A stretch of 64,000 bases of DNA from Heteronotia binoei (Eukaryota): positions 63,240,001 to 63,304,000 of the forward strand of contig NC_083228.1 in NCBI RefSeq assembly GCF_032191835.1, written 5' to 3'. Below, piece by piece: positions 22,590-34,610 of this stretch. A program made the translations under genes and the position numbers. The notes beneath the pieces are model-generated. The model ran no database searches and was not told the origin of the DNA. It was given only the letters and a program-made list of their open reading frames with translations. The first letter of the stretch is position 1. Every line of letters begins with the position of its first letter.

Positions 22590-24760
22590 AGCATGCACAG
22601 AAGGCCCAGCACACACGCTCATGGGGCTGGCGCGAGGATCCTGCCAAGTTCTTTCTGACCGCTGACTGTTCCCAACAGACGGAGACTGACAGCAGAGGGG
22701 AAGGAGGGCGGGTGGTGTGAATGCACAGATGACCACTCGAAGATCATCAGTTACAAGTAAGCAACCAGTTTATCTTCTTTGTGGTCTCTGTGTTTCACAC
22801 CCTTGGGAGATTAGCAAGCTAGACATACCTGGAGCTGGGAGCTGGCGGTCAACCAGAAGAAGCAGTCTGCAACACCAAATTCCCCAGCTGAGCTCTTTGC
22901 TGCCTGTGCGTAATGCCTCATGAACGCATGCAGTGAGGACCATGTGGCTGCCTTACAGATGTCTGTCAGGAAGGTACCTTGGAAAAATGCAGTGGACGTA
23001 GCCATAGCCCATGTGGAATGTGCACGAATAGGCCCAGGCAGAGGTCTTTTTGCAAGAAGGTAACAAAGTTTAATAGTCTCCATAAGCCATTTAGAAAGTC
23101 TCTGTGCTGAGATTTTGCAGCCTAGTCTAGACGCAGCACAGGAGACAAACAAGTGTGGATCCTTCCTATAACTCTTCGTCTGACTCAGGAAGAAAAGCAA
23201 CCGTCACTTAACTTCCAATGAGTGTAAACGCCGTTCAACATCTGAACAAGGTGAAGAAAAAACGGTAGGAAGCCAAATGTCTAGGCCCAGGTGGAACTCA
23301 GAGATTACTTTTGGGAGGAAAGTAACATCTGGAGTCAATGACACTCCATGCTCATGAAATATCAAATATGAGTGATCACACAGGAGTGCCATCAGCTCCC
23401 CCACACACCTAGCAGACATTACTGCAACCAAGAAGGCGGACTTCCATGATAATAGTTGCAGGGAACACATCGCCATGGGCTCAAATGGCTGTCTAGTTAG
23501 TCTGTCCAGGACCAGTGGAAGGTCCCAAGCAGCCAGAGGGTTCTGAGATAGAGGGTACATCTGTACAAGTCCTTTCATAAACTTCTTAGAATGAGGGTGT
23601 GTGAAAACAGAATAACTGTCTATGTGCACATGATAGGAAGAGATCGCTGCCAGGTAAACTCTGACTGAGGAAAAGCTCAAACCAGAATCAATTAACGATA
23701 ACAGAAATTAAAAAATTACAGTTAAGTTCACCTGGTGAGGCAGAATTGCTGAACAAAATCAACAAATCTGGTCCATTTTCTCTGATAGAATTTGTGAGTA
23801 GACAATTTCCTGCTATTTAAGAGGACTAGTTGTACTCCGTCTGAGAAGATGGGTGATTTATGAACCAAGCTGTTAGCTTGAGGTGAGGTACACTGTGGTG
23901 GAGTAACTGGCCTCTGTGAGCCAAGAGAAGATCTGATTTGGCAGGAAAGTAGTGAAACACCCCTTGTGCAAGCCTGAGGACCACAGGAAACGAAGTCTGA
24001 CATCACCACCATGATGTAGGATGCATTGTGCATGTTCCTGCTGCAGCTTGATCACAACCCTTGTCAGTAATGGAAACAGAGGAAACATGTAGAGGAAGCA
24101 ATCCGTCAAAGAGAGCAGCAGCCTGTCCTCCAAGGAAGCCGGGTCCACCCCCCTCTGGTGCAGAAGAACTGACATTTCTGGCTTGGGACTGTGGCAAATA
24201 CGTCTACCGGGGATGGCCCCACCTTTGGAAGACTGGGCGCAGGTAGGTCCAGTTGATTTCCCATTCGTGAGGGAATGTGAATCCCTTGCTCAGGGAATCC
24301 GCTTGTAAACTGAGCACCCCCAGAAGTTGTGAGGCAGTCACAAAATTTGGGAGTCTAGACACTCCTTTCAGATTTTGATGGCAAGGGAGCAAAGTTTGTG
24401 ATAGACCATCCCACATTGTCTGTTGACATAACTGAGGGCAGTTGTGTTGTCTGTCAGCACTGCTACTGCCTGGTCTGACAACAAAGGGCGGAAGGACCTG
24501 AGTGCAAAATGAATAGCTAGGAGCTCCAAGTAGTTGAGTCAGAGGTTGGGGCCATGGGCCACCCACACAAAGGCCATCCAAGTGCACACCCCATCCCCAT
24601 AGGGAAGTGTCTGTAGTGACTGTAGCTGTTGGAGTGGGTTGACCAAAGTGTCCACCACAGCACTGCTCCCTCAGGCCAATTCCACCCCCCCACACACACA
24701 CCTCTCAAAGCCATCACATCTTACTGCCCTCAAGAAAACCGGCAGATGTCATATAAGATA
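22590..24760 (-). mobile_element. DIRS retrotransposon remnant 2 (RNase H, MTase-like, tyrosine recombinase, ICR hairpin)
   Basis: TTDTSLWGWGVH (RNase H), LYMFPLFPLLTRVV (MTase-like), YR VYLAAISSYH...SARCVGELMAL...IRAHSTWAMATS...ICKAATWSS; inverted repeat 22716-22800. Confidence 0.9.
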
Positions 24761-24910
24761 CACCAATGCTACAAGAAGGAAGCAACTTAATGATGCAGCA
24801 AAGAAATTTGCAAATAGTACTTACATACTATAGCAAAGCATGGATATCAGGCCAGTTATTTATATACTTAGAAAACTATAGGCATGCATATATAGAATCT
24901 TGTTTACTAC

Positions 24911-25078
24911 CTGCAAGGGAACACTTAAATATCTGAAAAGGTAGTTCCAAGTAGGAGGCATTTATAGGTAGCAGCCTAGAAAGTGATAGTATCTCCATAT
25001 TTCCATAATCTGCATATGCCACTTTCACTTCTGACACAAAAACTTCCAGAACAACAGCACGGTACCAACAATCATCAC
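24911..25078 (-). CDS. TDRD1: TDRD1 Tudor 4 core exon: GDDCWYRAVVLEVFVSEVKVAYADYGNMEILSLSRLLPINASYLELPFQIFKCSLA
   Basis: ctcttcag|GTGATGAT...CTTGCAG|gtagta; 168 nt. WYRA and YADYGN motifs. Confidence 0.95.
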
Positions 25079-25855
25079 CTGAAGAGGAGTAAAAAACAAA
25101 CCAGTTAATATTTAGTTTGAGCTTGGTAGAATGGCCATGGTAAGTATAAAAGCACTCAATTGCCTTTCCTTGCTGTTTGAAAGTTTCTCCTCCCCACAAG
25201 CAACTGATGAACTATTCAACCAAGTTTCCCTAACAAGCTACATTCACAACTTTAGTAAAATTTGTAGCTCACTAAACTTCTTTTAGGCAACAGATCAAAC
25301 TCCCACTCTTCAACAACTCTTTTTAGTTGATATATCTCTTACAAATCTACCCACAGAACCTTGCACCACTTGACTGAAGCAGAAAGAAAAAGATGCTGAA
25401 TCAGGAACAGGCAAGCATCTCTGGAATATAGAAGTGTTACAGTAGTTAACACAAGCTAGACTGCAATATCTGTGGAAACTGAAATTCTGGTTAAAACAAG
25501 AGAGGAGTTGTTAATAGAGATCAGATATAATGAGGAAAAAATGATCACTCTTATCGGTTGTACCTCTGGACTGACACCATTACAATGGAACAGACTGGCA
25601 TCTGATGCAGCTATCACAACTAATGAAAGAGTCTCTACTTGTATGGAAATGCTCAATGCTCTGTATAAGTATCTGTATAAGAGAGTATAAGCTCTCTTTC
25701 CACTGCTACAGACTAACATGTCTACCCTCTTGATCTACAAAACAAGTGATACACTCCCGGGGGGGGGGGGAGTTTTAACTGAAAGATACAATTTTAGCCT
25801 TTTAGGAAAAAAATGACCAGGTGATGTCAGAACCCAGAGCATTGTTAGATGTGGT

Positions 25856-25972
25856 CAGGACTTTTTTGGTAGAAAAAGCCCAGCAGACACTTATTTGCAT
25901 ATTAGGCCACACCCCTTATGCCATGTCACCTGGAACGGCGTTCCTCTGCGTTCTTGCTCAAAAAAAGCCCTG
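25856..25972. mobile_element. 117-bp hAT MITE carrying an ATTTGCAT octamer
   Basis: TIRs caggacttttt / aaaaaagccctg; TSD gatgtggt/gatgtggc. Sister copy at 40163. Confidence 0.85.
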
Positions 25973-26642
25973 GATGTGGCTTTGGAAGGGGGGAGGGAGA
26001 GATTATACAGATTGTTGAGAAATTATTTCCAACAGAAGCAGGGATAGAGACTCCTCCTGCATAAGAGATGAAAAGCATTTGGGGTGAGACTAAGGAGGCT
26101 TCAGGAACAGCTGCAGCAGTTGTAGGATCACCATGAGGTCAAGCCTGTTTGAGGCCCAGCCCTTCTCTAGGTGGGACTGCAGAGGATTTAAGGGCTCCCG
26201 AGCTGCAGACAGGGGTGGGCAACCAGGAAGGCAAGGAGGGATCTTGCCCAGTTGTGCAGTTGGTCATGCAGCAGCCAAATGCTGAGAAGGAGCAGTCCCA
26301 GGCCACTGACCTCCTGGTCAGACCCCATGCCAGGTGAAAGACTTATTGAGGTGGTTTGTGGGGTTTATACCACTTGAGGAAACACAGCATAGGATCCTGT
26401 ACATGTGATGGAAATAAACCGCTCTTCAGCTGAGGCCCCTGGGACTTGCTTCGTCTTATTTGCCACATTTTATATAGTTCTATGTGCGGAGCAAAATGGG
26501 AGAAGCAGCTTTTACTATAATACCATTCTCCAGTAATGGATAATACAGCTTTTGACCGAGTCATGTCTCCTCAATGGCCCTTACTTTCAGTGACAGGCCA
26601 CAAGTTCTACATCATCATTTTAATAGTTTTGTGTTCTCTGAC

Positions 26643-26756
26643 CTGAGAATCTAGCACAACAGGCTTCACCAACTTTTGGTTTGAAGACATGGTTTTTCTG
26701 AGAAGTGCAATAATCTGCAAGTTGAAGCATCAGTCCACAGAGCTTCTGTGGATCCA
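26643..26756 (-). CDS. TDRD1: TDRD1 exon: VDPQKLCGLMLQLADYCTSQKNHVFKPKVGEACCARFS
   Basis: catttcag|TGGATCC...TTCTCAG|gtcaga; 114 nt. CCARFS pre-Tudor motif. Confidence 0.93.
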
Positions 26757-27059
26757 CTGAAATGGGATAAAAGTTAAACATTTTATACATTCCACTGTAT
26801 ACCCTATTAAGACGTTCTATGATAAAATAAACATTTACAGCATTTAGAAGCAATTTAAACCAGACTGTTTTAGAAACACATAATGAAGCAACAATACTCC
26901 TTAAAGTTTAAACTACCAGCAATAATAAAATATAACAAAAGTAACAGCATGAAAATTTAAAAACTACAGCCAGTTTTAAAGCTAGAAAACAAAAAAGACA
27001 CAGCAAAAAAAAAACCCCGTTATGTATTTTTCAGGTATTTTCTAGGCCTACTCAGATTC

Positions 27060-27660
27060 TAGGCCTAACAAATCAGCCCTCGATAAAAAAGCCAATATTA
27101 AACAAGCAAAGCCTTTGACAGCATAAAGCCAATATTATTTGGCTTTTATTCAGACTGGCACAGCAATACTGAATTGCAGCTTTTTCTGGTCTGCAGTTTA
27201 AATCACAGGGCAGAAGAAACCTTAATGCATTTAAAGGGACTGTCCCTTTAAATATGTTTTGCGAGCACAGCATGCGAGAACAAAGAAGGTTCCCTTCTGG
27301 GTTCACTTGCACTGCGGTTTGCAAAGAACATCTGAAGGGATCATCCCTCCAAATTGTGTGCAGGTCCAATGTGCAAAAGGGGAGGGAGAGTCAACCAGTC
27401 TCCTTGCAAGCTAGACCTCCCCTGGGTGCCCCTCTACCTCCGCTCCCAGGGTTTATCACTTGTAGCACGTGGACAGATATGGTTTCATTAACCGGATGCC
27501 TCTAGTTGGCGGGGGGGGGGGGGGGTCTAACACCCCCCTCCCCCTTTTGGACATGGAATATCCAGGAATATAAGGAAATACCAGTATTTTTCAGGTTCAA
27601 TACACCCAAACCTGAAAAATACTGGCTTTTCTTTTTGTATACTCCACTATTTGGCACACC
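27060..27660. repeat. Palindrome-rich TE-like segment containing a copy of part of TDRD1 exon 28368-28487
   Basis: Perfect palindrome 27229-27253; 17-bp inverted repeat 27581-27597/27609-27625; exon copy at 27446-27497. Confidence 0.6.
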
Positions 27661-28367
27661 AGCCAAATCTCACTGAGGGCACTACACACTTTAGTGAGTT
27701 AAATGTCCATCAGAAGAAACCCACAAACTATCTGCTGCTTTTGGTACAGCACAATGCAATCCAAAATAGTTAGATACCAACTCCTCAACTGGTCCCATTA
27801 TTAATTAACGCCATCTCAGTCTTAACCAGATCCATTTCACTTTGTTGGCCTTTATCCAACCCATGACCATCTTCAGACACCTGTTTGTGTCTCTTACCTC
27901 ACCCCACTCTTCTGAAAATGAGAAATAAGAGTTGGGTGGTTCTCTAGATTCTCTGAGCCCCTAAGGGGGAATGGGTGGAATATAAATAAACAAATAATAA
28001 TAATCATCATAGATAACCCCACTGGCAGTTTTACATAAAAATTAAACAGCCTGGGTGACAAGATGTAACCCAGCAAGAAATGTTAATAAATGTCACAAGA
28101 CCAAGTAGTAGTCTTCCAGTAGCACCTTTTGCATCACTAGTCAGGATTTGAACCAGTGTATGAAGCTTTCAACCCACATCTCAACCAACCAATTCAGAAG
28201 GGTACCTCAGGTGACATATTAAAAGCTGCTGAAAGGCCCAGAAGGACTACTGGGGCAGATATTTGCTCAAATTCAGCACAGATGTAGAATTGCTTGGATC
28301 TCCAAATTGAAAGTAATCGCATGGTGAAAAGAATGCTTTTGTCAACATAGCATACTTGAGATCCTAC

Positions 28368-28487
28368 CTTTGGTTTTTGTTGGTACTACATAGATTAAGC
28401 CAGGGTTTATCACTTGTAACACACGGACAGATATGGTTTCATTAACTGGATATTCTTCTGTTGTCCACTGTGTGTATGCAGACATTT
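28368..28487 (-). CDS. TDRD1: TDRD1 exon: EMSAYTQWTTEEYPVNETISVRVLQVINPGLIYVVPTKTK
   Basis: atttcag|AAATG...CCAAAG|gtagga; 120 nt, phase 1-1. Confidence 0.9.
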
Positions 28488-28569
28488 CTGAAATATTAGG
28501 CAAATAAAAACAATTCCAAAACATAAATCACTGTTACATGTGTAGCAAGCAATCAGTGACAGTGAAAAA

Positions 28570-28836
28570 ATTCTTCCAACTCTTGGCCTCCCCTACTGGT
28601 AGCCCTGGCCTATGGTCCATGGCCAACAGCCATCAGCGCCATTCAAAATTGGTCCATCGCAGTATCACCACCAAGGCATTATTTTATGCTGATTCTTGTT
28701 ACAACTGTTAATTTTAAATTTCTGATTTTATATTGATGTATGATATTATTGTCATGATTTTGTGATCTTGTAACCCGCTCTGAGCCCACTCGTGGGGAGG
28801 GTGGGATATAGAATGAATAAAATAAATAATAAATAA
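28570..28836 (+). mobile_element. L2 3' tail
   Basis: taacccgctctgagccc...ggagggtgggatatag with (aaat)n tail. Confidence 0.7.
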
Positions 28837-28883
28837 CAGACAAGCCTTATGCTGGCTTTTATGTCACTCAAAACATTAGTCAC

Positions 28884-29138
28884 CTTGGAAACCAATGGCT
28901 GGAAATTCATCCAGCAGTATATTCTGATTTGATGGTGCTTCCTTTTTAAAAGCCAAACATTCATTAATTAAAATTTCACTGATCATTGTGGGACTGCCAG
29001 CAGGATTGTCAATAAGCTCTACTTCAGCACCATCTGTGGTTAAAGAAACTACTCTGGCTTGAAGCTTCTTCCCAGCTGTGGACATTTGAAGTGCCACTAC
29101 AGCTTCTGTGGTCCAGTCCTTGTTTATGGGCCTTACAC
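28884..29138 (-). CDS. TDRD1: TDRD1 exon: GVRPINKDWTTEAVVALQMSTAGKKLQARVVSLTTDGAEVELIDN...IGFQ
   Basis: tcctcag|GTGTAAGG...TTCCAAG|gtgact; 255 nt, phase 1-1. Paralogous to exon 47848-48102. Confidence 0.92.
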
Positions 29139-30583
29139 CTGAGGAAAAACAACATTTAAGAAACCTTTAGTCATTCTGTAAATGCTGAATAAATAAATAA
29201 CAATCTTGGTGTCATTAGGCTATAATACTGGAAACACTATCAAATATTAAACTCCCCTAAACTCAGATGTATTTCTGAGTAAACATGATCATAGCATTTT
29301 GTGAAATGCAATATACAAATACACAGGAAGTTGCCTGCTCTCATAATTTTGCAACTGAATTAAAGTACACTAATCTCTATGTCTTGAATGCAGGTATAGA
29401 TGGGTTAGCAGCTGTAACAAATCAGCCCTCAACAAAAAGGCCAGTAATGTTCCAGATGAACAAAAATATAAGCAATTTAGTTCACTGAACAGTGAAGGGG
29501 ATAAAACTGAGAGCAATGCTAAGTCAGAGCAATGTCGTACAGGGATAGCATCTTCTCAAAGTATGTGAGGCATCCTGGCATGACTTACTACTCCCATTCA
29601 TACCATAAACTGGACAGGCTCCATCCCTTTCAGTAAGCTGTTCTCACCCCCATCTATGATATAGCTCAGCAGATGCTCACTAAGCTAACAATCCTTTTTT
29701 TACCCAGAAGCAAGAATACCCCATGCTAAGTCCAATGTTTTATTCTCCACTCAGCAGAGAAGGGTATAATAGATGTATATCGTTCCTTCCTCAAAAAAAC
29801 AGAACTTTACTCTGAAGTGAAACTTTCTGAAACTTAATTCATTGGAAGAAGTATTGTTATGCTCCAATTTCTTCAAAAGATAAAAATGCTTACTAAGCTG
29901 ATAAAGTCATCCAATGGACCTTGCAACAAACTGAGTGTTTTAATTTGGTTTCCACAAATCCAGACCCAAAGCACCAAGCACTGCAGTGTACAAGTTTGCA
30001 ATCATGAATACACAAGATATCCAAATTTTTAAACTGTGTGTGTAAAAACTTCAGTTTCCTCAAATATTTGCCATGAGGGGACATGATTAATTTTGTATTT
30101 AAACTGCAATTAATCAGAGGAATACAAACTGCAATCTTACAACCGTTATACAACCATTATATATATTGCATTGGCTGATTTAATGATTTCATTTAGTGAC
30201 AAAATGCCTCAAGGGTTAATGTGGATGATAACAGGCCTAAACTGTCCTGTAGGTGTTGTTAACTGGTTCCTTGGCCTCTTATCTTCAAGGCCAACGATGG
30301 AAGCCCAGTAACTGGTTTCCCAGGGGAACTTAAGATCTGTGATGAAAGGGGGAAATTGAGAGTATGAGGTAATCTTCTAGGAGTTTCTCTTGGAGAGGAG
30401 TTCTGATTGGATGTCATCGCATGATATGCTGGGTCAAAATTATAATTCAACTATGGCCTTGTAGACAGGAGGCTAGCTGAGATTTTCATGGAGTAAGGGT
30501 CAACACTATGATCTGCAATTGCTAGAGACGGAGACAACACTAGTTTGAGGCCTTCCATTTGAAACTAAAGTTGGTGCCACCTA

Positions 30584-32193
30584 GTTATGGCATAAAATGG
30601 ACGAAGATATGATAAAATGGAACAAGCTTAATTTGACATTGCTTGGTAGAATAGCTGCAATTAAGATGAACATTTTGCCGAGAATAATGTATTTGTTTCA
30701 AACTATTCCAATTGTGAAAGATGGTAAACAATTTAATAAATGGCAAAGAAAGATTTCAGAATTTGTATGGGCTGGGAAAAAACCAAGGATTAAAATGAAA
30801 GTTTTAACAGATGCTAAAGAAAGAGGAGGATTTCAACTACCAGATTTAAGATTATATCATGAAGCAGTTTGTCTAGTGTGGATAAAAGACTGGGTGACGC
30901 TGTTGAATAAAAAAACTTTTAACATTGGAAGGTCATGGAAATAAATTCGGCTGGCACGCTTATATGTACTATGGAAAGAAAAAGTTGGATTTTTTTTCTC
31001 ACCATTATATAAGAAATAATCGACTAAATATTTGGATGAAGTACAAGAAATATGGTGATGAGAGAAAACCACTATGGATAGTGCCAGCAGAAGTAATAAG
31101 AATAACAGCCGAGACAGGAGAGGAAAAAGGGATGTCATATAATCAATTACTAAAAATACAAAGCGGTAAAATAGAATTGAAAACTGCTGAATAATAAATA
31201 TGATTTGTTTCAAATGCTACAAATAAAAAGTTTGGTGGAAAGTGATGTTAAAACTGAAGGAATAAGACGAGAACAAACAGAAATGGAAAAAGTTCTGCTT
31301 GGAGATAATGAAAAATTAATTTCGAAAATCTATAAGTTACTTTTAAAATCGTCTACGGAAGATGAAGTAGTGAAATCTCAAATGATTAAGTGGGCAATTA
31401 ATGTAAATAAAGAAATACGGATGGACACATGGGAATATTTGTGGAAGAACTCTATGAAACTCTCAACATGTTAGAGTATTAAAGAAAATTGTTTTAAGAT
31501 GATGTATAGATGGTATATGACTCCTAAAAAGTTGGCCAAGATGAACAATAAGATGCCAGATAGATGTTGGAAATGTAAAAAACATGAAGGTTCTTTCTAC
31601 CATATGTGGTGGACTTGTGAAAGAGCGAAAAAGTATTGGCAGATGATTCAACAAGAGATTTCTAAGATCTTAGGATACGAATTTAAAAAAAGTTGCAGAG
31701 ACTTTTCTGTTGGAATTACAAATGGAAAAATTTCCAAAAGAAGATAGGACTTTGATCTGATACTTGCTCTCAGCTGCTAGGACACTGTATGTGCAGTTGT
31801 GGAAGCAAGAAAAAATACCAGATAAATGGGACTGGATTGTAAAAGTTGACATGGAGTGAAATGGCCAAGTTAACAAGAACCTTAAGAGACTATGATTTAG
31901 AAATTTAAGATGGAGTGGAAAAAGTTCAGAAAATAAGTAGAAAAAGAGTGGAAAATAAAAGGACATTGGACAATTTTTGATAATGACTAAGTACAAGAGG
32001 GAGGAGGATATTCATTTTGGTTCTAATTAAGGGTACCTTTAATATTAAGTTTTTAAGTATATAACTCCGGCGGGGGTCAAGTAACAGGGAGAGGGGTGGG
32101 TATAAAGTAATATATGGGATAGATAAAAAAAAAAGTAATGATGTAAGAAATTGAATTTTATTACCATATGTTACTAATAAAATTGTTTGAAAC
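30584..32193 (+). mobile_element. L1-clade LINE copy 3, 5'-truncated (ORF2 C-terminus with CCHC, 3'UTR)
   Basis: KMNILPRIMYLFQTIP, RCWKCKKHEGSFYHMWWTC; 19-bp TSD ctaaagtt(g/a)gtgccaccta at 30565-30583 and 32194-32212. Confidence 0.95.
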
Positions 32194-32919
32194 CTAAAGT
32201 TAGTGCCACCTAATTCAGTTCTTGCAAGTGTTAGGTAGTTGAGGCTAGTTTTGTTATTTCCTGTTCTGTATGATTTTAAATTAATGTGCTGGCAGTAATA
32301 TTGTCCTATTAATATCTCCTAAAAAAGATTATTTTATTAAACAATAATCTGATTCTTGTGTGCATTCACTCTAAGAACTCACGGGCTTTAGCCTTGTGCT
32401 TCCTTGACAGTATGGCGCACTGAAGTGACTTCTAACTCTTGGAAGAAAAGCAAGAGCCATTATTTTTTCAGGAGTTTGCCACAGGGACCTACAAGTCCCA
32501 ATAGCAACTTGTGTTATTAGGCATGAACTGTCCTGCTTGTGATCAAGACACCAGCATGGGAGAGGAGGGGCTTTGATCTTTCTCCCAACATTACTTTCAG
32601 AAGTCAAAACCACACATGGGGAAAGCGAAGACATGGAGGTAATCTGACTTCAAGTCCCTGTAGCAAACTTGTGAAAAGAGATGTAATATCTAGTATGGCT
32701 TTCAATCTCTTGCCTCAGGCACTGATGTGTATAAAGCATAATAATAGTTTGGAGTTCTGGAAATATGATTTAGCTGTAAAGCTAACTTTGTATAAACTCA
32801 TTATTCAATATCTTTCAACAGAAAGTTCTCATTCAATATGAAGCTAGATTATTTACATTGTGACTTCTGATCTTACTGGTCACTGGATCCTATCATTATT
32901 GAAAAAGAAACAGTTTCAC

Positions 32920-33090
32920 CTGACAACCAACATCTGATAGCTTGAAATGGAAGTTTCAAAAATGTAGATGAAATCTGTCTGAGTTTATCCAGAGTAACTA
33001 CTTCATTGTTTCCATAATCCACAAACTGAACTTTAAAGGCTTCATCTGAAGTGGACTCTTCTACCAAAGCACGATACCATCTACCATCAC
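32920..33090 (-). CDS. TDRD1: TDRD1 Tudor 3 core exon: GDGRWYRALVEESTSDEAFKVQFVDYGNNEVVTLDKLRQISSTFLKLPFQAIRCWLS
   Basis: gtttttag|GTGATGG...TTGTCAG|gtgaaa; 171 nt. WYRA and FVDYGN motifs. Confidence 0.95.
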
Positions 33091-33191
33091 CTAAAAACAC
33101 ACACAAACAAAACTTATTATATATTCAATGTACAAATAAGAAGTAGATTTTTTTGCTACATCTCTGTGTTAGGTATACACAAAACTATTAA

Positions 33192-34610
33192 CAGCACAAT
33201 CCGGGGGCGGAGTCTTTTGGGAGCAGACGAGCTGCTACGTGGGCACAGGAAGGGTTTACACCGACGGCATTTGCTGACCCCGCTCCCCTGTGCTGCAGCC
33301 TGCTCCCTTCCCTTGGTCTGCCCTCTGCTGAGTTCCCAACCCCTGGCAGGGCACGGTGTGTGTGCGTGTGTGGCAGCTGCCCCCTTGCGGGGAGGTAGGT
33401 CAGAGACTGTCCCTTTAAGAGAGCGCCCCTGCAGGTGCTCGATCTCTATCTCCGTTCTGCAGGTGGTACTCCAACACAGAGGCTTCCGCATGTGTCGCTC
33501 CACTGCCCCCCCACTCCCTCAGCTGTTTCTGCCCACAGCTCGGAATGAAGCTCCGCCCATGGCAAGACTGCCCAGCGCATGCCAGGAAGACTGTTGCACT
33601 CCGTTCCGGAAAAATAAAGTCTGAGCTGTGCCCTCTGTTGTCTCTCCTGCTTGTGAACTGCACGTTCCCTCGGCAACCCTCCCCCGTCAGTGGCCTCTCT
33701 GAGGGAATGTCTGGGAGGGTGGGCAGACTTGGTTTTGGGGGGGGGGGACAGTCTATGAGCCACCACGCTGCCCCCTGCGTGGCTGGACAGGGGAGGGGAG
33801 TGCCGCCTCCAGCCTGCCCGGTCTGACAGCCTACCCGACCCCACAGGACTGTTGTGCACAGGGCACTAAGGGGGGGCTGATGAAGTGGACTCAGAGTTCT
33901 GTGGCTGATGCACTTGCACTCTGAGTTCTGCGGCCCCCGGGGGAGGTGTTCTGTGCACATGGCAGGAGGCGTCAGGGCAACACAGGGAGTCTCTGGGTTG
34001 GGGGGGTGTCTGCTGCTGGGCTGCTCACTCCCAGACATTCCAGCCGCTGTCTATGACAGCGAACTCCTGCACTTGATACTTCCTGCTTGTCTGCCGGCCA
34101 TTGGCAGTCTCTGACAGCGGGAAGGTGTGAGGGGATTGACGGCTTCTCCACAGTCCCGTGCGGCCCTGTTTTGCCCCCACCTTGCCACCAAGCCAGGCTT
34201 CTCCTGCGCGCATGCCCAGCCTCACTCCTGTTCCCTCCCCATGTTGGTGGGACGTCTCTCCTTTGCCTATGATGGTCTGCTCATCATTGGCTTTGTTCTC
34301 TGTTTGGGCGTGGGTTGGGGATGGCAATCAGCCTCTCTGGGGCTGCCTCTCCCCATCACTGACTGTCATGAGCTGCGGTGCATGCGCCAGGACTGGCCAA
34401 TGGGGAGGGGTGGGCTGGTCCTCCTTTCTGGCTGCTTCCGCCTCCCCCTTGTGTGCCTCCACCAGCGGCGTTGCCATGGCGACCGTCTCCCTCACGGCAA
34501 GCTATGCCTCTCCCCTCCCCACACTCCAGCGTGCTGAAGTCCTCAGGAAGTCTACTAGTGGCGCAGCAGCTACTCCACGGCCAGCCGCCACTTATGTCTG
34601 GATTGGGCTG
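33192..34610. mobile_element. GC-rich ~1.4-kb non-autonomous TIR-type element
   Basis: Ends cagcacaatcc / ggattgggctg; abrupt AT-to-GC transitions at both ends; no credible coding content. No TSD resolved. Confidence 0.55.

Noticed and set aside
25456-25719. ORFs of 72-87 aa in apparently unique intron sequence
   Set aside because: No recognisable motif and no convincing splice sites; not needed to complete the TDRD1 frame.
27066-27100. ~34-nt similarity to 29415-29449 (taacaaatcagccctc...)
   Set aside because: Not collinear with the exon copy, so it does not support a segmental duplication; more likely two ends of one small repeat family.
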